Source: Kudoa neothunni (lineage: Eukaryota > Animalia > Cnidaria). Taken from it: a stretch of DNA of 64,000 bases. Where the stretch lies: the NCBI GenBank assembly GCA_964304625.1, contig OZ199838.1:16269731-16333730 (forward strand), read 5' to 3'. Shown here in pieces: positions 49,702 to 63,912 of this stretch (its first letter is position 1; each line of letters begins with the position of its first letter). Both the position numbers and the translations under genes were made by a program. Under the pieces are notes generated by a model, which was not told where the DNA came from, did no database searches, and worked only from the letters and a program-made list of their open reading frames with translations.

Positions 49702-51621
49702 CAGGGCTTCCCTATTCGTTTTGAGTTTGACACCCCTATAGCTTTATCGGTAATTTCCACACCACTATTTTTAAGATTAGTTGAAATTCGGGTTATATGA
49801 TTAACGTGCACATATTTCCTGTTAACCGCGATACATTTGTATACAATAGCATGTATATACATTTTTTAATCATTTAATGTGAAAAAATACAATTGTAAAA
49901 TAAACAATTAAAACAATTTAGTTATATTTGGACTTTTTTTGTTTTTTGTTAACAATTAAAACATCGAAACGAGGACTTTTTTGGATAGTGCTATTCGTAA
50001 GTCATTTTCTGGTTTTAACGTGCTTCGTTACTTGTTTTTTATGTATAAAATGGGGAAATCTCCGATTCTTATAACCAAGTATTGGCAAATTTAATTAAAA
50101 TCCTCAGCGCTTTTTTTCGCTAAATTGGGATAACTATTAAGATAGTGACACTAGAGGTGCTCAAGTAAACTTGACTCAAACAGCAGTTTCATTGATTGAC
50201 ACGATTTTAATTCGAGCAAATTTTCTCTCTCGTCATTATTGTCCTCCATTTTTTCCATATTGAAGGCGAATATATTGACCATCCAGTTATCAGATTCATT
50301 TAAGTTGCCAGTAGAAAAATAGTCGTCAAATAAATCGTTCAATTTGCAAAATTTCGTAATTCACATTTTTATTTTTTATTCTGACAATCCATAAGGTTAG
50401 CTTTTCGCGAAATACTCATAACTTGTCAGAAGCACTTATAATATTTATACCTTTGCCTTGATGCAAATAATTTACTTCGTTAAAATGTTGGAAGATATCC
50501 ATGAGATGTGTCAATATTATTGTGAAATTATGGAACTTGAAAACAGTAAGATCCGACTTTTGATCCAATAAAAATTGCTCGATTTCATATTTTAAGTCAA
50601 AAACCCGACTTAAAACACTTCCTTGAGACAAGCATCTTACTTCTGCGTTAATTTCATTTAAAAAGCTTTAAAAAGTCCATGATTCAAAGCTTTTCCGTGT
50701 ATGAAATTTATTATTTTGATACAATAATCCATTGTTGATTTTAGATCAATCGGCAAAGTTTTTGACATTAGAGCTTGGCGATGCAAAATACAGTGGGTGA
50801 TTACCATGTCCGGAACATGGCATTTTATGAGTAACAAATCCCGATTTATTTCCTAACATGACGGATGCCCCATCGGTACTAATAGATCCAATAGTTGTGA
50901 TTGGAATTCCGTAGGCGTCAAAGAATTCTTTAACTATTTCGAAAATATCCACTGTAGTAGTTGTTGTTGTATTCAACGCCTCGCAAAATAAAAGTCTTCC
51001 TCAATAGAAGTCGATTTCACATATCTTACGAAGGCGATGAGCTAACTACAATTATCGACATCCGTTGACTCATCCAGCTGGAGCGAACTTTGCATTGGAG
51101 ATTCTTTGATAACTGAAACTATTTGATCAAGAATATCAGCGTTTATCTCATCAATATTATTGCGGATAACATTGTTGGATAGTGGTATTCCTTTTAGTTT
51201 TTGTGCTGCTTCTTCATTCAAAATAATCTTTGCTGCCTCCAAAATGCATAGTTTTACCAACGTCTCTTCAATATTGTGTATTGTGGGGGATTTTTCCTTT
51301 TGTCATTTCATAAGCTATTTTGAATGAAGCGAGAAACAAGGATTTATCTAGGGAAATGAATCCTAATTTAGGAATTGTCCGCTTTAATTCATTGGGCGTT
51401 CTTTTCACTTTTAATGACTGGATATCGTTTCTTATACGTTTTTTACCATCATGATTATTCTTAAAATGTTGAAGTAAATTACACGGTTTCAAGTTGGAAT
51501 TTTAATAAACGACATTACAACGAACGCATTGTGGTTTTTCAACACCATCGACGATTTTTTTAGTAAACCCCTATTTGGCATGTTCTTCCTTCCATTTTAA
51601 ATCAAGATAGTGGCTTGCCAT
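49702..51621 (-). mobile_element. Decayed hAT transposon (Charlie/Buster, ZBED5/ZBED8-like)
   Basis: ATG at 51621, then KPQCVRC..LKP..LQHF (BED), IPLSNNVI, SLQLDESTD, STDGASVMLG, EVRCLSQGSVLSRVF, DLRIALS. End cagggcttccc at 49702; the other TIR was not identified. Confidence 0.85.
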
Positions 51622-52911
51622 ATTGAAATAAATTTTAGGATTAAAAATAGGCAGGGCTAGAGTTAGTATTTATCCTTCATTTGAAAATATGTTTATACTA
51701 AATATTTTATCCTTCATGACTCGGTTATCCCACTTACGATTTAGGGAAATGTACAAATTATCCAAAGTTAGTTCAAAATCTATTAACTATTTAATTATGA
51801 TTGTTAACTTCATTCATTATTTGGGGTTTTATTATGGGATTTGTTTATTGTTTAGTTATTTGTGGGCGACAATACTCAGCTAACGATACTTCAGTAATAA
51901 ATTTTTAATATCTTTAAACATTCAATGAAATTTTATTCCCTGATTGACAGTGTAATGATGAAGATTGTAGCATCTAATGGACACCTTCACTGATCAAAAT
52001 TTTCTGTTTTTTCATATTTTTTTTAAAATCAATAAATTATGGACTCTAAAGTAGCATCACAAAAGTCACTTAAAATTTTTAAATTGTATCAACAGTATCA
52101 ACATAGAGGTTTTTTAGCACGTGTTATCTCAATTATGTTCGTCCTTCGAAGTTTTGTTTATTTTTCTTACATTCCCATTTATTTATTTTTAATGTTCCAT
52201 TATAATTTTTTTTATTAGTTAAATGCTTAAATGAACTATCAGAACTCATATTTTGAAATTTTCATATATTATGGAGAAAAATGTCTCTTTTAATATTCAT
52301 ATTTAATGAAATATCATTTGTAAGTTGAAACATTTTTTCTAGTTTATAAATATTTTTGATGGTGTTTTGTTTTAGACAAAAAAATTTTACGTTTTTCCGA
52401 AAATTTTTTTACAATTATTATTTTAACATTATATTATAAATTATTTGTATGCTGATTAATTTTACACATTTTGGGAAAAAATGAAGCTACATTTTCTAAC
52501 CTTTTCAGATTTGACGCTGTAAGTAATAATTCCAATATAAAATAAACGCTAAATATTTTACATATCAAAATAACGTATATAGAAACAATCAATTTTTTTA
52601 TTGTTTTAATACATGAAGTTGTATCATGAATTGAATTTTATTTAATTTTCTCAATGATAACATAATTATTTATTGAATTCAATTATGCAATAAAAATCTG
52701 GGGTTAATTTGACCCCAAAAAGCACCAAGTGTATAGCCGATTTTGAGGCGCTCCGAAGGTCAAATACACATTTTCATATCAGACTATGTTGATTTAGTTA
52801 AGTAATGCCAATTATAATCTTATAGAGTTCGGTTCCATTGTCACATTATATTAACACATATAACATTTGCAATTCGATCCGCCTCACTTGCAATTTAATG
52901 ATGAAATATTA

Positions 52912-53094
52912 TATATAATTACGAAATTTGATACCACCACGATATATTGCCAGGAAATCTGATATCATAAAGATATATAATTACGAAATTTGATACCACC
53001 ATGATATATTGTCAGGAAATCTGATATCATAAAGGTATATAATTACGAAATTTAATACCACCATGATATATTTTCAGGAAATCTGATATCATAA
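52912..53094. repeat. 62-bp tandem repeat, 3 units, non-coding
   Basis: tataattacgaaatttRataccaccaYgatatatt..caggaaatctgatatcataa at 52914, 52976 and 53038. Confidence 0.95.
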
Positions 53095-55023
53095 CGGTAA
53101 ATAGTCGCGAAATAAAGTTTAATTATATCCCCATGTGACGAATGATCTCCTTCATTCTATTATCACGTGATACATTAAAATTACGTTTTCTAATGACCAT
53201 AAATAATATAAAAGGTGGCTTCTAAGTTGGACAGCTTATACCTAGCATAATTATTCTTTTTCATCCATATATTTCATGTTTAAGAATATTATTTTTTGCA
53301 AACTTTAATTTTAACATTTGCCGATAAAATCGATTTATTCAACAATGTAATAAGTATAGAAGCTTAATTTAACCTAGATCATCTTACTTTTGCGACAGTT
53401 AAAAAGCGACATTTCTATCAGCGCTAAGTATATTCGACAGCACTATTTTATTTTATGAGATGCTCTCTGATGTTTCATCAAAACATTAAATTAACCAATA
53501 GTTTTATTTAAAAGATATGTAGACAGAATAACACATAAAAATTAATAATTTTGTTGGGAAATATAGCAGATAGAATGGCGCTACTGCGTGGGACTCACAG
53601 ATGGACAAGTAACGAGTTCGGATCCGATCCCATTATGATGTGTGATCGTAATTAACCTATTGTGCAGAAGGAAATGTGTGTAGGAATTAGTAGATGATAT
53701 TAGAATGGTTTATATTTTTATTCAAATATTATATACGCTTGCGCATTATGATATTTGAGATTATAATAACGTTCCTAAATTTATAATTAGTATATTCGCT
53801 ATTAAACATTAGTTCTCGTCATAATAATAACAACGGAGGATAACTTTAGTTAATGTTTTTAGAATGTTATCATATTTTCTCTGTGATCTTATGGCTATAA
53901 AATTAACATAAAATCTATATAATTGATTTTTTTTTGAAATTATCATTAAAAATATATATTTAAGATAAAAAAGTAAAAATATTTTTTATAAATTCTTTGA
54001 TCATAAAAATACCTTCATAATAACAGGTGATAATATTTATTAATTAATAGTTACAATTATTCGATCCTTAGTAAACTTCATAATGACAACAAATCATATT
54101 TATTAAGAAATAATTAAAATTAATAATCTTAAAAATATTTTCAAATTAGGTGATGATAATATTTAATAAGTAATAATTCGATTAAATTAGCTCATTCGTG
54201 AGTGTGATTAAGGTTGTTATTAAAAATTAATGATTTTCATCTGAACGTTAAAATTTTTAAAATTTTGTACACATCAATGACTCATGATGATGTTTTCGAC
54301 TTTATTCGATATTTAAAATTATAAAATCTAATAACAGAAATATTGAGGATGTGTAGTATTCAAGAGATGAGATCAAAACGAGTTTTCTAAAAATAGGTAA
54401 AATGAAAATTAAATATAGTTTCCGATTTCTAAAACTTACAATTCTCTTTAATATAATTTTTTTATGATTACTATATTTATATTAATAACCTTGTAACATT
54501 TACTTTGTATGAATCACACCCGGATTAATTCTAATAGATTAATTACAATATATTAATTATATTTCATTAATGGCTTGGTAACGACCAAATTTATTAACTT
54601 TTTAGTACACAAAAAAAAATTTATTCCAATTTTTATTGGATGGCCAAATTATAATTTATACTATTAGATCAGATGTTAAGTTAATAAAATGTAAAATTCT
54701 ATATAAATTCAAAAACCGATTAATAAAGTATACTCATTAAAGTAAATGTGCATTATTAATCCTTATGTGACTAAAAAAATTAAATTTAATTAATATAATA
54801 TTATTAATTCGCTAATTTGCGTCGAATAAACTGAAACAAAGTAGTGACGAATAATATCAATAGACTTTCAAACTAAAGGAGATACTTATAGTAAACCTCA
54901 CATTTACAGATTGATTGTGAAATCAATGGAAATATTAGTTAATCATTTATTTAGACATAAATTATTATTAGAGAATACACTATATCTATTGAAGTTATTA
55001 TTTATCAATATTATTGAAACAAG

Positions 55024-57328
55024 ATGTGGAATTTTTTGATTTATTCTGTTTTTCTCGGCTGTTTCCATAATGTGTTCAATGAAGGAGATTTGAAAACAAC
55101 AGTATAATATATTATTCCACTAACAACACTAATAATCCAAACTATAGGAATTATTATTATACTTCGACGACAGCAACTTTATTGTTGAAAATTATGAATG
55201 TCCTCTCCGACAGGAGTATTTCTGGGGCGTCCAATGTATTAAACCAAATAAAATTGATTGTCCTGGTAACATATTTGTGAATCACATATTTTTCCTAATA
55301 TAATTAAAAAGAACTTGGAGAGAAAGAAGAAACAAGAATTGATTATGAAGACGAATGTCTAAATAAAGCTTTCACTGAGCAGTCCCTAACAGAAGCTAAT
55401 GTTACTATTTTACTACCTCACAAAATTTTACAACCAGGGTAGTAGGCCATTATTTTTTACAAAAGTGTTAGTTTTATATTTGGCACAGATTGATGGTTGA
55501 ATATGATGCTTGGTACAGTAATTTGCTTAATCGCAGTATAACTGTTGATACACACGAGAATCCCATCTACTATAAAAGCTTGGCATTATCCGAAAGGACT
55601 TTCTTCGAATATTTGGCCTCAAATGTCGGATTAAATCCAGAAGGCTCGGTAATTTTACCAATGGAATAGAATTGAGTATTGTTTAAATATTTATTTGTTT
55701 AGTCAACTGAACCAGAAAGTTTTATATGGGTAATTGGATATTATGGTCACCTTACTTTATTTTATAAACTATGTTTATTTCGATATTTAACTATGATATC
55801 AAATAACAATTATATTATTTAATATCGCCTATGATAAAATATTATTTTTTAGGAATATGGAGATCATGGTTATATCATCATAGATGAAAATAGAATATCA
55901 ATTGGATATTTAACTGAAATGAATCCTCAAAATCCCGATATAAAAATATATAGATCCATAAATGAAGAGTTAGCATACTTTTCAAAGTCTATACTCGGTC
56001 TCGGTAACAATAATATCCTACCCATTCTAATATATCATATGATAAATGTAATATTTAAATTATACTTTGAATTATTTATATTATTTTGAATATTATTTAG
56101 GCTAGAAAGTTTTTAATAAATCAGGATAAAAATCCTGAATTCGAATTTCCTTGTGCAAAGAGAGATGCAACTATCACGATTACTGATCCAAACTTTCTAA
56201 GTTGGCCACAGGTAGCAGAAAAATTCTCCGGAGAATTAAAGATTGTTACCGCATATACTTTCGACGGTTGTACACAACTGATAAAAGATGCACTTTATAC
56301 CTTAAATGATGATCATCCATGGAATGATATAAAAAAGAAATTGCTTGAAATTGAATTTCCAGTAAAAACTGGAAGCAATGAATTCGATGTACGTAATACT
56401 TTATAAAAAAAATTTAGAAAATAATAAAATATTTCTTATAATAGCTATATAACTACAAAACAAATAATCATGCTGGTTACTACCGCTCATTGGATTCTAT
56501 GCGATCATTAACTTCTATTAATAATCAGCGAAAACTTGGTACCGAATATGGTGAGACGTGGGATATAGCAGATTCACCGATATACTTAAATGAAGTTGTC
56601 CAAAGAACGTTTTATTATACGTTACTTTCCATGCTTTCAACTACAGAAAGTCAGCGTGGCAATGAATACGTCTATAAGAATAATGTATATTGGTTACATC
56701 CATATTGAATTATTTATCTTTTTAGGACAATGAATTATTGTGGATCGATCAATTTATCACTTACCAAACTATGCTAAGAATGGCGGAAGGTAAATGAAAT
56801 TTGTTTCTTCAATAATTATCAAAATAATCTGTAATCAAATAAAAAATAGAAAAACAAAAGGAAAAGGAAAATGAAAAAAGCGAAGAACCTGAAATATCTG
56901 AAGAATCCATAACTCCTGACAAGACCTCTGAGGATGTAGTTGAACCCAGTGGTAATGAAGGAGAATCTGAGTCACAATCAACTGATGAAAAAGAGAGTGG
57001 TTCTCAAGATAATAGTGACAAGTCAAGCGAGTCATCGAAAGATAATGAAGGTGACGGCGAATCTCAGGAAACTACTGAAGAAGAAAAGGAGTCTTCGAGT
57101 GATGATTCGGAAAAATCAGAAGATCAACAAAGTGAGAGCAGTGATGATCAATCTTCCGAAGATGGCAGTTCCGACGGTTCGACCACAGTTGCCAGTCGAA
57201 AAAGTGAATCAAACTCTAAATTGGTAGCCAAAATCGTAGTTCCAATCGTGATAATAGTTATCCTCCTATCAATTGGAATATACATCTTCATGGTCAAAAG
57301 AAAATCCAAAAGAAATGAAGGTGTTTGA
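55024..57328 (+). CDS. Paralog G: type I membrane protein, same family, Ser/Glu/Asp-rich stalk
   Basis: MWNFLIYSVFLGCF signal, FWGVQC, EANVTILLP, LALSERTFFEYLASN, micro-exon 55703-55729, ISIGYLTE, YFSKSILGLGNN, EFPCA, HPWN, FPVKTGS, LLWIDQFI. TM IVVPIVIIVILLSIGIYIFMV, tail KRKSKRNEGV*. Confidence 0.88.
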
Positions 57329-59876
57329 ACCAATGCTATTATATCAGGATGCCATAAATTAACTATCGATTAACTTATTCCATTAATTATTATTACTACT
57401 TATTAATACATGTGGCATCATATTCGTTTTTCTTCTTGGAACATAGCGTTGTTCATTTGTATATGCTAGGTGATATTTCGAGCTCCTCTATCAATCAATC
57501 CGTGTAATAAGAAGTGTTTCTGAAATATTAAATTATCTCATATAATTTGTAATTAATTTAAAAAAAAGTGTTATTTTATTCATCGTTAATAATTTGAGAT
57601 TATGTTTATTTGATGAAGTAATTGGGAATCAATCTAGATTAATTATAGCTATCCAAAATAATATATTTTAATGATTATTTTACTCAATTTATGTAAAATA
57701 TAAATATATTTAAATTAATTTAAAAAACAGAAAACAAATATATTAGGCCAAAATAATAATCATTACAGAATATTAATTCTTTCATGTTCAAATTTTTTGG
57801 TTGCGGATTGAAGATAACATGTTGCGTAAAAATGGTTAGTTATAACGATTTTAAAAATAAATTTTTATCCATTATCATCATCATATTAAATGAAAAACGA
57901 ATAAAAAAATCCTATTATTATGATTATTATGTGTCGTAATAATTTAATGATTTCTAGCCGTCTTTAAAATGCATTGAAAATTTGTTTTGTATTAAATCTT
58001 TAAATTTAAATAATGGCTAAACATAATCATTATGGTAATTTCTATCAATTTATTTGTGCATGCAGGCCGATCTTGGTGTCAGCTTCTTATTTTCAAAATT
58101 ATTCTATATCCAAAAATACATGGCGTTGAAGGATTAAAATATTATTTACAACAGATTGATTCTTAGCAGATATATTATATAATTAAATAATTGTCAATAA
58201 TTATTCATTAGATGATACGCAACAATTATTAATGAAGAACTTTTTTTAATAAAAAAAACTTTTCATATATTTGTATGAATATTCTTAAAACGTGATAGAA
58301 TATTTTACTATTATGCATATAATATAATTAAGTCTCTGTAATGGCGATATTCCAAATTTTTAAATGTGTATTCTAATCTTATAATTTATTTTGAATAAAA
58401 TTATAAAATCGTAAACTATTTAAGAAAAATTCAAAATGGAGTGACAAGGGATTAACAGTTTTTCTCTTTTTCATTTAATTATTAAATATACATTGGGAAA
58501 AAAATATTTAAATATTATATAGTACGGGAAAATTGGGATTAAGTAATTTTGTCTGAAGCGCTTCTTTTTTTAAGAAAAGATTAATTTTAACCAACATTCG
58601 AACCTGTATATGACGAGTTTTTTGAGACCAGAATAAATTTCCTAAATGAATTAGCTGCATTCAATGCTCAATGTTATTCGTAATGATTCAAATGCAAAAT
58701 CTTATTATTTAAGGATGGGGTGCATTTCCGTGATACCTATGCATGTACAGAGGATTATAATATTAATTTTTACCGTATAGTTTATTATTGTTTAAAACAA
58801 ATAATTAAATGTTATTAAGTTAAATTATCTTTTTATATTTTATTTTGTAGTAAAAACAATGTATATGATTAATTCTCATGTATAAAAATAATTGCAGATA
58901 ATTGGGCGAATTTAACCTCCTTTATATGTAGTTTTTAAGTTAACTTTTAAAATAAAAATATTCTATGCTCTATCATTAATTTTTTTGTAGTTGGAACATT
59001 TTTAAATAAGTACTTTATCAGAGCTCATATAAACTAGCAATTCATTGTTTTGCAACTTAATGGATGTAAAGATTTTTACTCTTTTAAGTCTAATTTTCGT
59101 TCAAAATTTTAATGGAGAAGAGAATATATTGCATCTTCATGGCGTCCTATTTAGAATAATTTTAACATATTTCATAAAAAATAATTATAATACTAGAATA
59201 GGCATTCAAAGATGAAAAATTAAGGCATTTTAAATAATGTGATTTACTTTTATGCATAATCGTAATATGGTTTTTATTAAATTTTTGTAAAAACTTAATT
59301 AATCATGATTCGAAAATATTCATATAAATTTGATAAGATGCGAGATTAATTTACAATACGGCTCGATATTGCGTAACTTATTAAACTAACCGAAAAGTTG
59401 TTGGAAAATAATGTATGCGCATGCGCGAATACAAAATTTATTTCTCAATAATTTATTTTAATTTAGAATAACTATTTCTCTTCTTTAATTTTATTATTAC
59501 ATTGAATCCTTAACAATAAAAATTAAGTACTTTCGTATGTGTCTTGTTTCAGCAACATATTTATAATTTTAATAAAAACATTATTTTACTTAGAATTTTA
59601 CAATGTTTCTTTAATCACCTAAAATTTACTATCAAATTTTAATTTTTAAACTTACGCTTGTCTATTTTCTAAACAAAAATTACATAAGTTTTATCTTAAT
59701 CTTGTTTTCTTACGCTATAGTAAAGCTCTCAGTTTAGTCGTCTAATAGAATGTTCAATAAGGATAACTCCCAAAATTACCTTTAATTGTATAGTTTATTG
59801 AGATTCATCTCAAAAAATATTTAAGCTAAACTTAATCAAATATTAAAAAACTAAATACAGATTTGTATATTTTTAA

Positions 59877-62800
59877 CCCTCCTTAGACCGAGCTTGAGTC
59901 CGAGCCCGAGCCCAAGCTCATGAAAAAAACGAGTGTTCCCCACGGGGACTTTTTTGAACCCAGTGATTTTATATTTATTATTATAATTTTTTGATAAATT
60001 AAATAATTTTTATAATTAATGCATTCAATATTATTGGATTAACCTGTTCGAACTTTATACAGCGAATACATTATCAATAAAAGTCATAATAATTACTCAT
60101 CGGAAAATCACAAAGATTTTCATTAATATATACCAGACAACACAACATACTTATATTTTTAACGTTATTCACAAGGAACCCCGACATTAAAACAATTTTT
60201 AAACAGAAGATCATGCTTCTCCATTAAACACCTTATCCGGAGAACTTTGAGGAGCTTAACACTATTCTGAGATTAATGTGATTGTAATATCCTCCCAAAA
60301 TAAAGAGTTTCCTTCATTGAAATTTAAGGTGGGGCGTAATAATGATTATTTGGTTTAAAATTATATATTATAACTCTTATTTTATCGGTATGATTTCCGT
60401 ATTTTAGAGATTTGAATACTAAGATTAATTTAAACGATGTTTTCGTAATAAAACCAAAGAAGAAAATCCTCGAAAAAAAATTTTATTGTAATAAAAATAG
60501 ATTATTATTTAGATGAGTTAATAATCTAATAAGAAAATCTCGATACAACTAGAGCAATATTTAATAATTTTGTTAGCATTCACTTATTTTGATCACAGAA
60601 ACATAAATATTTTGTTTAAACTAGGAATAAACTATATCATAGATATAAATTAAGTATAGTTTATAGGATTATACAAATTTAACTCTATACGAATTAAACA
60701 TGCTAATAAACGACATCATTTTTAAGTAATTTTATTAGAAAATTTCCTTAATCAAGGAGGTAATATATGAGCTTAATTAACTTAATTATTTAGACAGTTA
60801 CTCAAAATTATTGTTAAAATTTTGTGGGATAATAAGGTAGTTCAATTTATGCGCAAAAAAATCGGCAACATTCTTTTTAAATCTGTGTGGTGAGCAGATA
60901 GGTCTTTTACAATTATGACACTTCACGTTGGTTTTTCGATCAGTATATCTCGAGCAAACACACACCTTGATCTTTTATATACAGGACTCAACCCTATCGA
61001 ATCGGATATATCATTGTTATTTGTGTACTTTTTAAACAGTTCTAAACTGTATTTTATGTGCGATTGATAGTTGGATCCCACAGTTCGACGAAGTAACACA
61101 TCCGATTGTACTAAATCGATACACAGATCTTTTAAGAAATGTTGTCTGCGACTTCAATCGTTAGTTCTCCAATCAGAAAAGTTGAATGTCCATATGATAT
61201 AAGAATTGAGAGCTGATATATCCACCAAATCCATGAACATTTGTAAAGGCCACTTTCTAGTTGATCTTGAACAACTGTACAACTCGGTCATTCTGTCACC
61301 GTTATCAACCACTCCTTTACTTTTATTGTAGTATGAGAATAATTGTTGGTCTCATTCTCACACCCGATTCTATATTTCACCATCATTTATTTCATTGGAC
61401 AATAAATAAACAACCCAATTCTTTTTCGGGATATATGACATCAATGTTGTGTCATTATAGAAACAAAAAATGGAAGAAAGCTCAGGTTGATTTTTGAAGT
61501 TCAGTAAATGCTGAGCAATTTACGTGTTATTGCGTCTAACAGTACCCGTTAATGTAATTTTGTTTTGTAGCAAGAAAGTAGCTAGCGGAACCGTTGTAAA
61601 TAGTTATCAGTGGTGACACCACGACCTAATCCATAAAATGGTTCAATTAGTTCCTTGACAAACTTTTCCCCTGTTTTTTAATCTCACTCGCATCCAATCT
61701 TTCCTGTGCAGGGTTTAATATTTAGTAAATACGACGTCTCGACATCCGCGACTATCCCATAACTTTATACCGTAGCGAGCGGGTTTATTTTTTATGTACA
61801 CTCCAAATGGGCATCTTCCGCGAAATGCCACCATTCTTTCATCGACGGTTAGGTTATGTGAGAACTAGGAGAATAGTTTTTTTGGAAGGAATCATTTATT
61901 TCTTTAAAAATTTTCCGAATGGTTTCGAATTTATTAGATAATTAAATCTAAATTGTCTGGTTTGTCTATCATCAAACCCTATTACTCTATATATATATAT
62001 ATATATATGAGAAAAACGATTTCTTGGCATGGCTACAGAAAAAAATATTGTTTAAATAGCGGGTATGTATCCCAAATACTTTTTCATGATAATTTTGAAC
62101 CATTGTATCGTCCAGATGTGATATCCCAATAAAAGATTTTAATTCTTCAATGGTTATTTTTTTTCATTTCTGTATCAGCTATTGGAATCACAAAAATTAT
62201 TCTTGTAATTTAGAATCTTTTCTAGAATGGAGTCAGACATAAAAAGTTGAAAGCAATCAGAAATGTTGTTCACATTTTTAGCATCATCTAAAAGTCCCGA
62301 GTTACTTGTGGCTATATTGTGAACTCTAGTTCACGTTCTTGTTTGATTTGTAATATCCCATAGAATTCCTGATTTCGACATTGATTCATTGATTTATTGT
62401 TATCAGTCTGATATTTATTATCATTTTGAGAATCAGAACATGGGTCTGAATCTTCCACAATATCCTCATAATATGAGGCATCTGATAGGTCCCCTTCAAA
62501 TTCAAACTCGCTATCGGTACTTTGATCAGTCTCCGCACTATCATCAATTAGTTTATTCGGATCTTTGCTATACGACATGACTAAATACAAATTTAATTTC
62601 AACTAACCCACATAATGTTACTTATCTATTCCAAATGTTTACTTCTCGCGATAAATTGTCCCCCAACTAATCCCTTAAGTTTTTCAGCATCACTCAAAAG
62701 TGAGTGGTAAAATCAAAATGTTTCCTCCCATACTTGGTTTCATAAATTTACAATATTTCAGTTAAATTTTATTTAATTTCATCATCTAAATTCTACAAAT

Positions 62801-62991
62801 AAAATTATTATGTCTACGTTTGACCAAGGTTTACCAATGTGGGGTGATTTAAAATCATTATATCTCATATCATCTTGATAGTTTTTAAATTATAACTTAA
62901 AAATAAAATTGAACATTACATTTTTTTAAAATGAAAAATTAAAAAATAATAAAAATGGGTTCACGAATAACCCCGGTTGGTCCTGGTAGGG
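59877..62991 (-). mobile_element. Full-length decayed piggyBac (PGBD4-like) transposon
   Basis: TTAA at 59873-59876 and 62992-62995. Ends ccctccttagacc / ccctaccaggacc plus an internal IR cgggg..tgaaccca. Minus-strand HNLTVDERMVAFRGRCPFGVYIKNKPARYGIKLW and GRGVTTDNY, with an acidic N-terminus at 62312-62602. Confidence 0.9.
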
Positions 62992-63702
62992 TTAAAGGCA
63001 ACGTGGGAAATGGTGACAAGCTCAACTATTGGAAATTACTTCGAGAAATATCCGATCGGATATTCAGAAAACGTGAGATTAATTTAAGAACAAATTTTTA
63101 AACATATATTATGACAAATCTAACGTAAATATTGGTCATACAGAAAAAGCAATAGTTGGTGGCTTGTAATTGAATTAGTTCATTTTTAATCTATTGCTGC
63201 ATAACAACATGAATAAGATAGCTTAATTTTAACAAGAAAAAGTTATACACTAATATACCAACAGTAAACCTTATATAGATACTTAGGATCAACCAAATGC
63301 AACGTTGATACTGATTATTATTGGGAAAATCAAATAGTTTCGATATTTGACTTAAAAACCGTCATAAATACTGTTGGATAATCATTTATGTTTGAAAATT
63401 CATCTTCATTATTTCACACGTATTCTATTTGAATGCCCTATATAGAATGTATACGGCCTGAACAAAGATGAATAATTGATTATTTCTTCCGTGAAAATAA
63501 TATAGTAGTGAGCATGATAATACCCTCAATTTTGGATGGGGTCTTGCTACTGCATGGTAAATTGTTGTTCTTAAAATACCTCTCTATATCAAGACCTTAC
63601 TGTAACTATTTTGCCGTGCCCTAAAGTTTTAATCTAATTAATTATATATGAAATAATTGATAACAAAATATTTTGTAAAAATTTATTTAACAAGCATATA
63701 TA

Positions 63703-63912
63703 ACCCTTAACATTATTCGGGGTGAATCGCAAAACTTTGCCATACATGTTTTTTGCCAATATTATGCGATTTTATCGATAGAGTTTTTTATTTTTGCATG
63801 ATGAAGTTTTAACAATTATTTAAATCCATAATATTAAACAAAAAAGTGGGATCTAAATACAACCCAAAATTGCTAAGTGTATAGTCGATTATGAAGTGCT
63901 CGGAAGGTTAAA
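63703..63912. mobile_element. Short piggyBac-type remnant/MITE
   Basis: Right end aagtgtatagtcgattatgaagtgctcggaaggttaa resembles 52727-52763; left end aacccttaacattattcgggg. Confidence 0.4.

Noticed and set aside
56940-57227. 95-aa basic ORF on +
   Set aside because: Shifted frame of the Ser/Glu stalk of G. The spliced frame leads to the TM.
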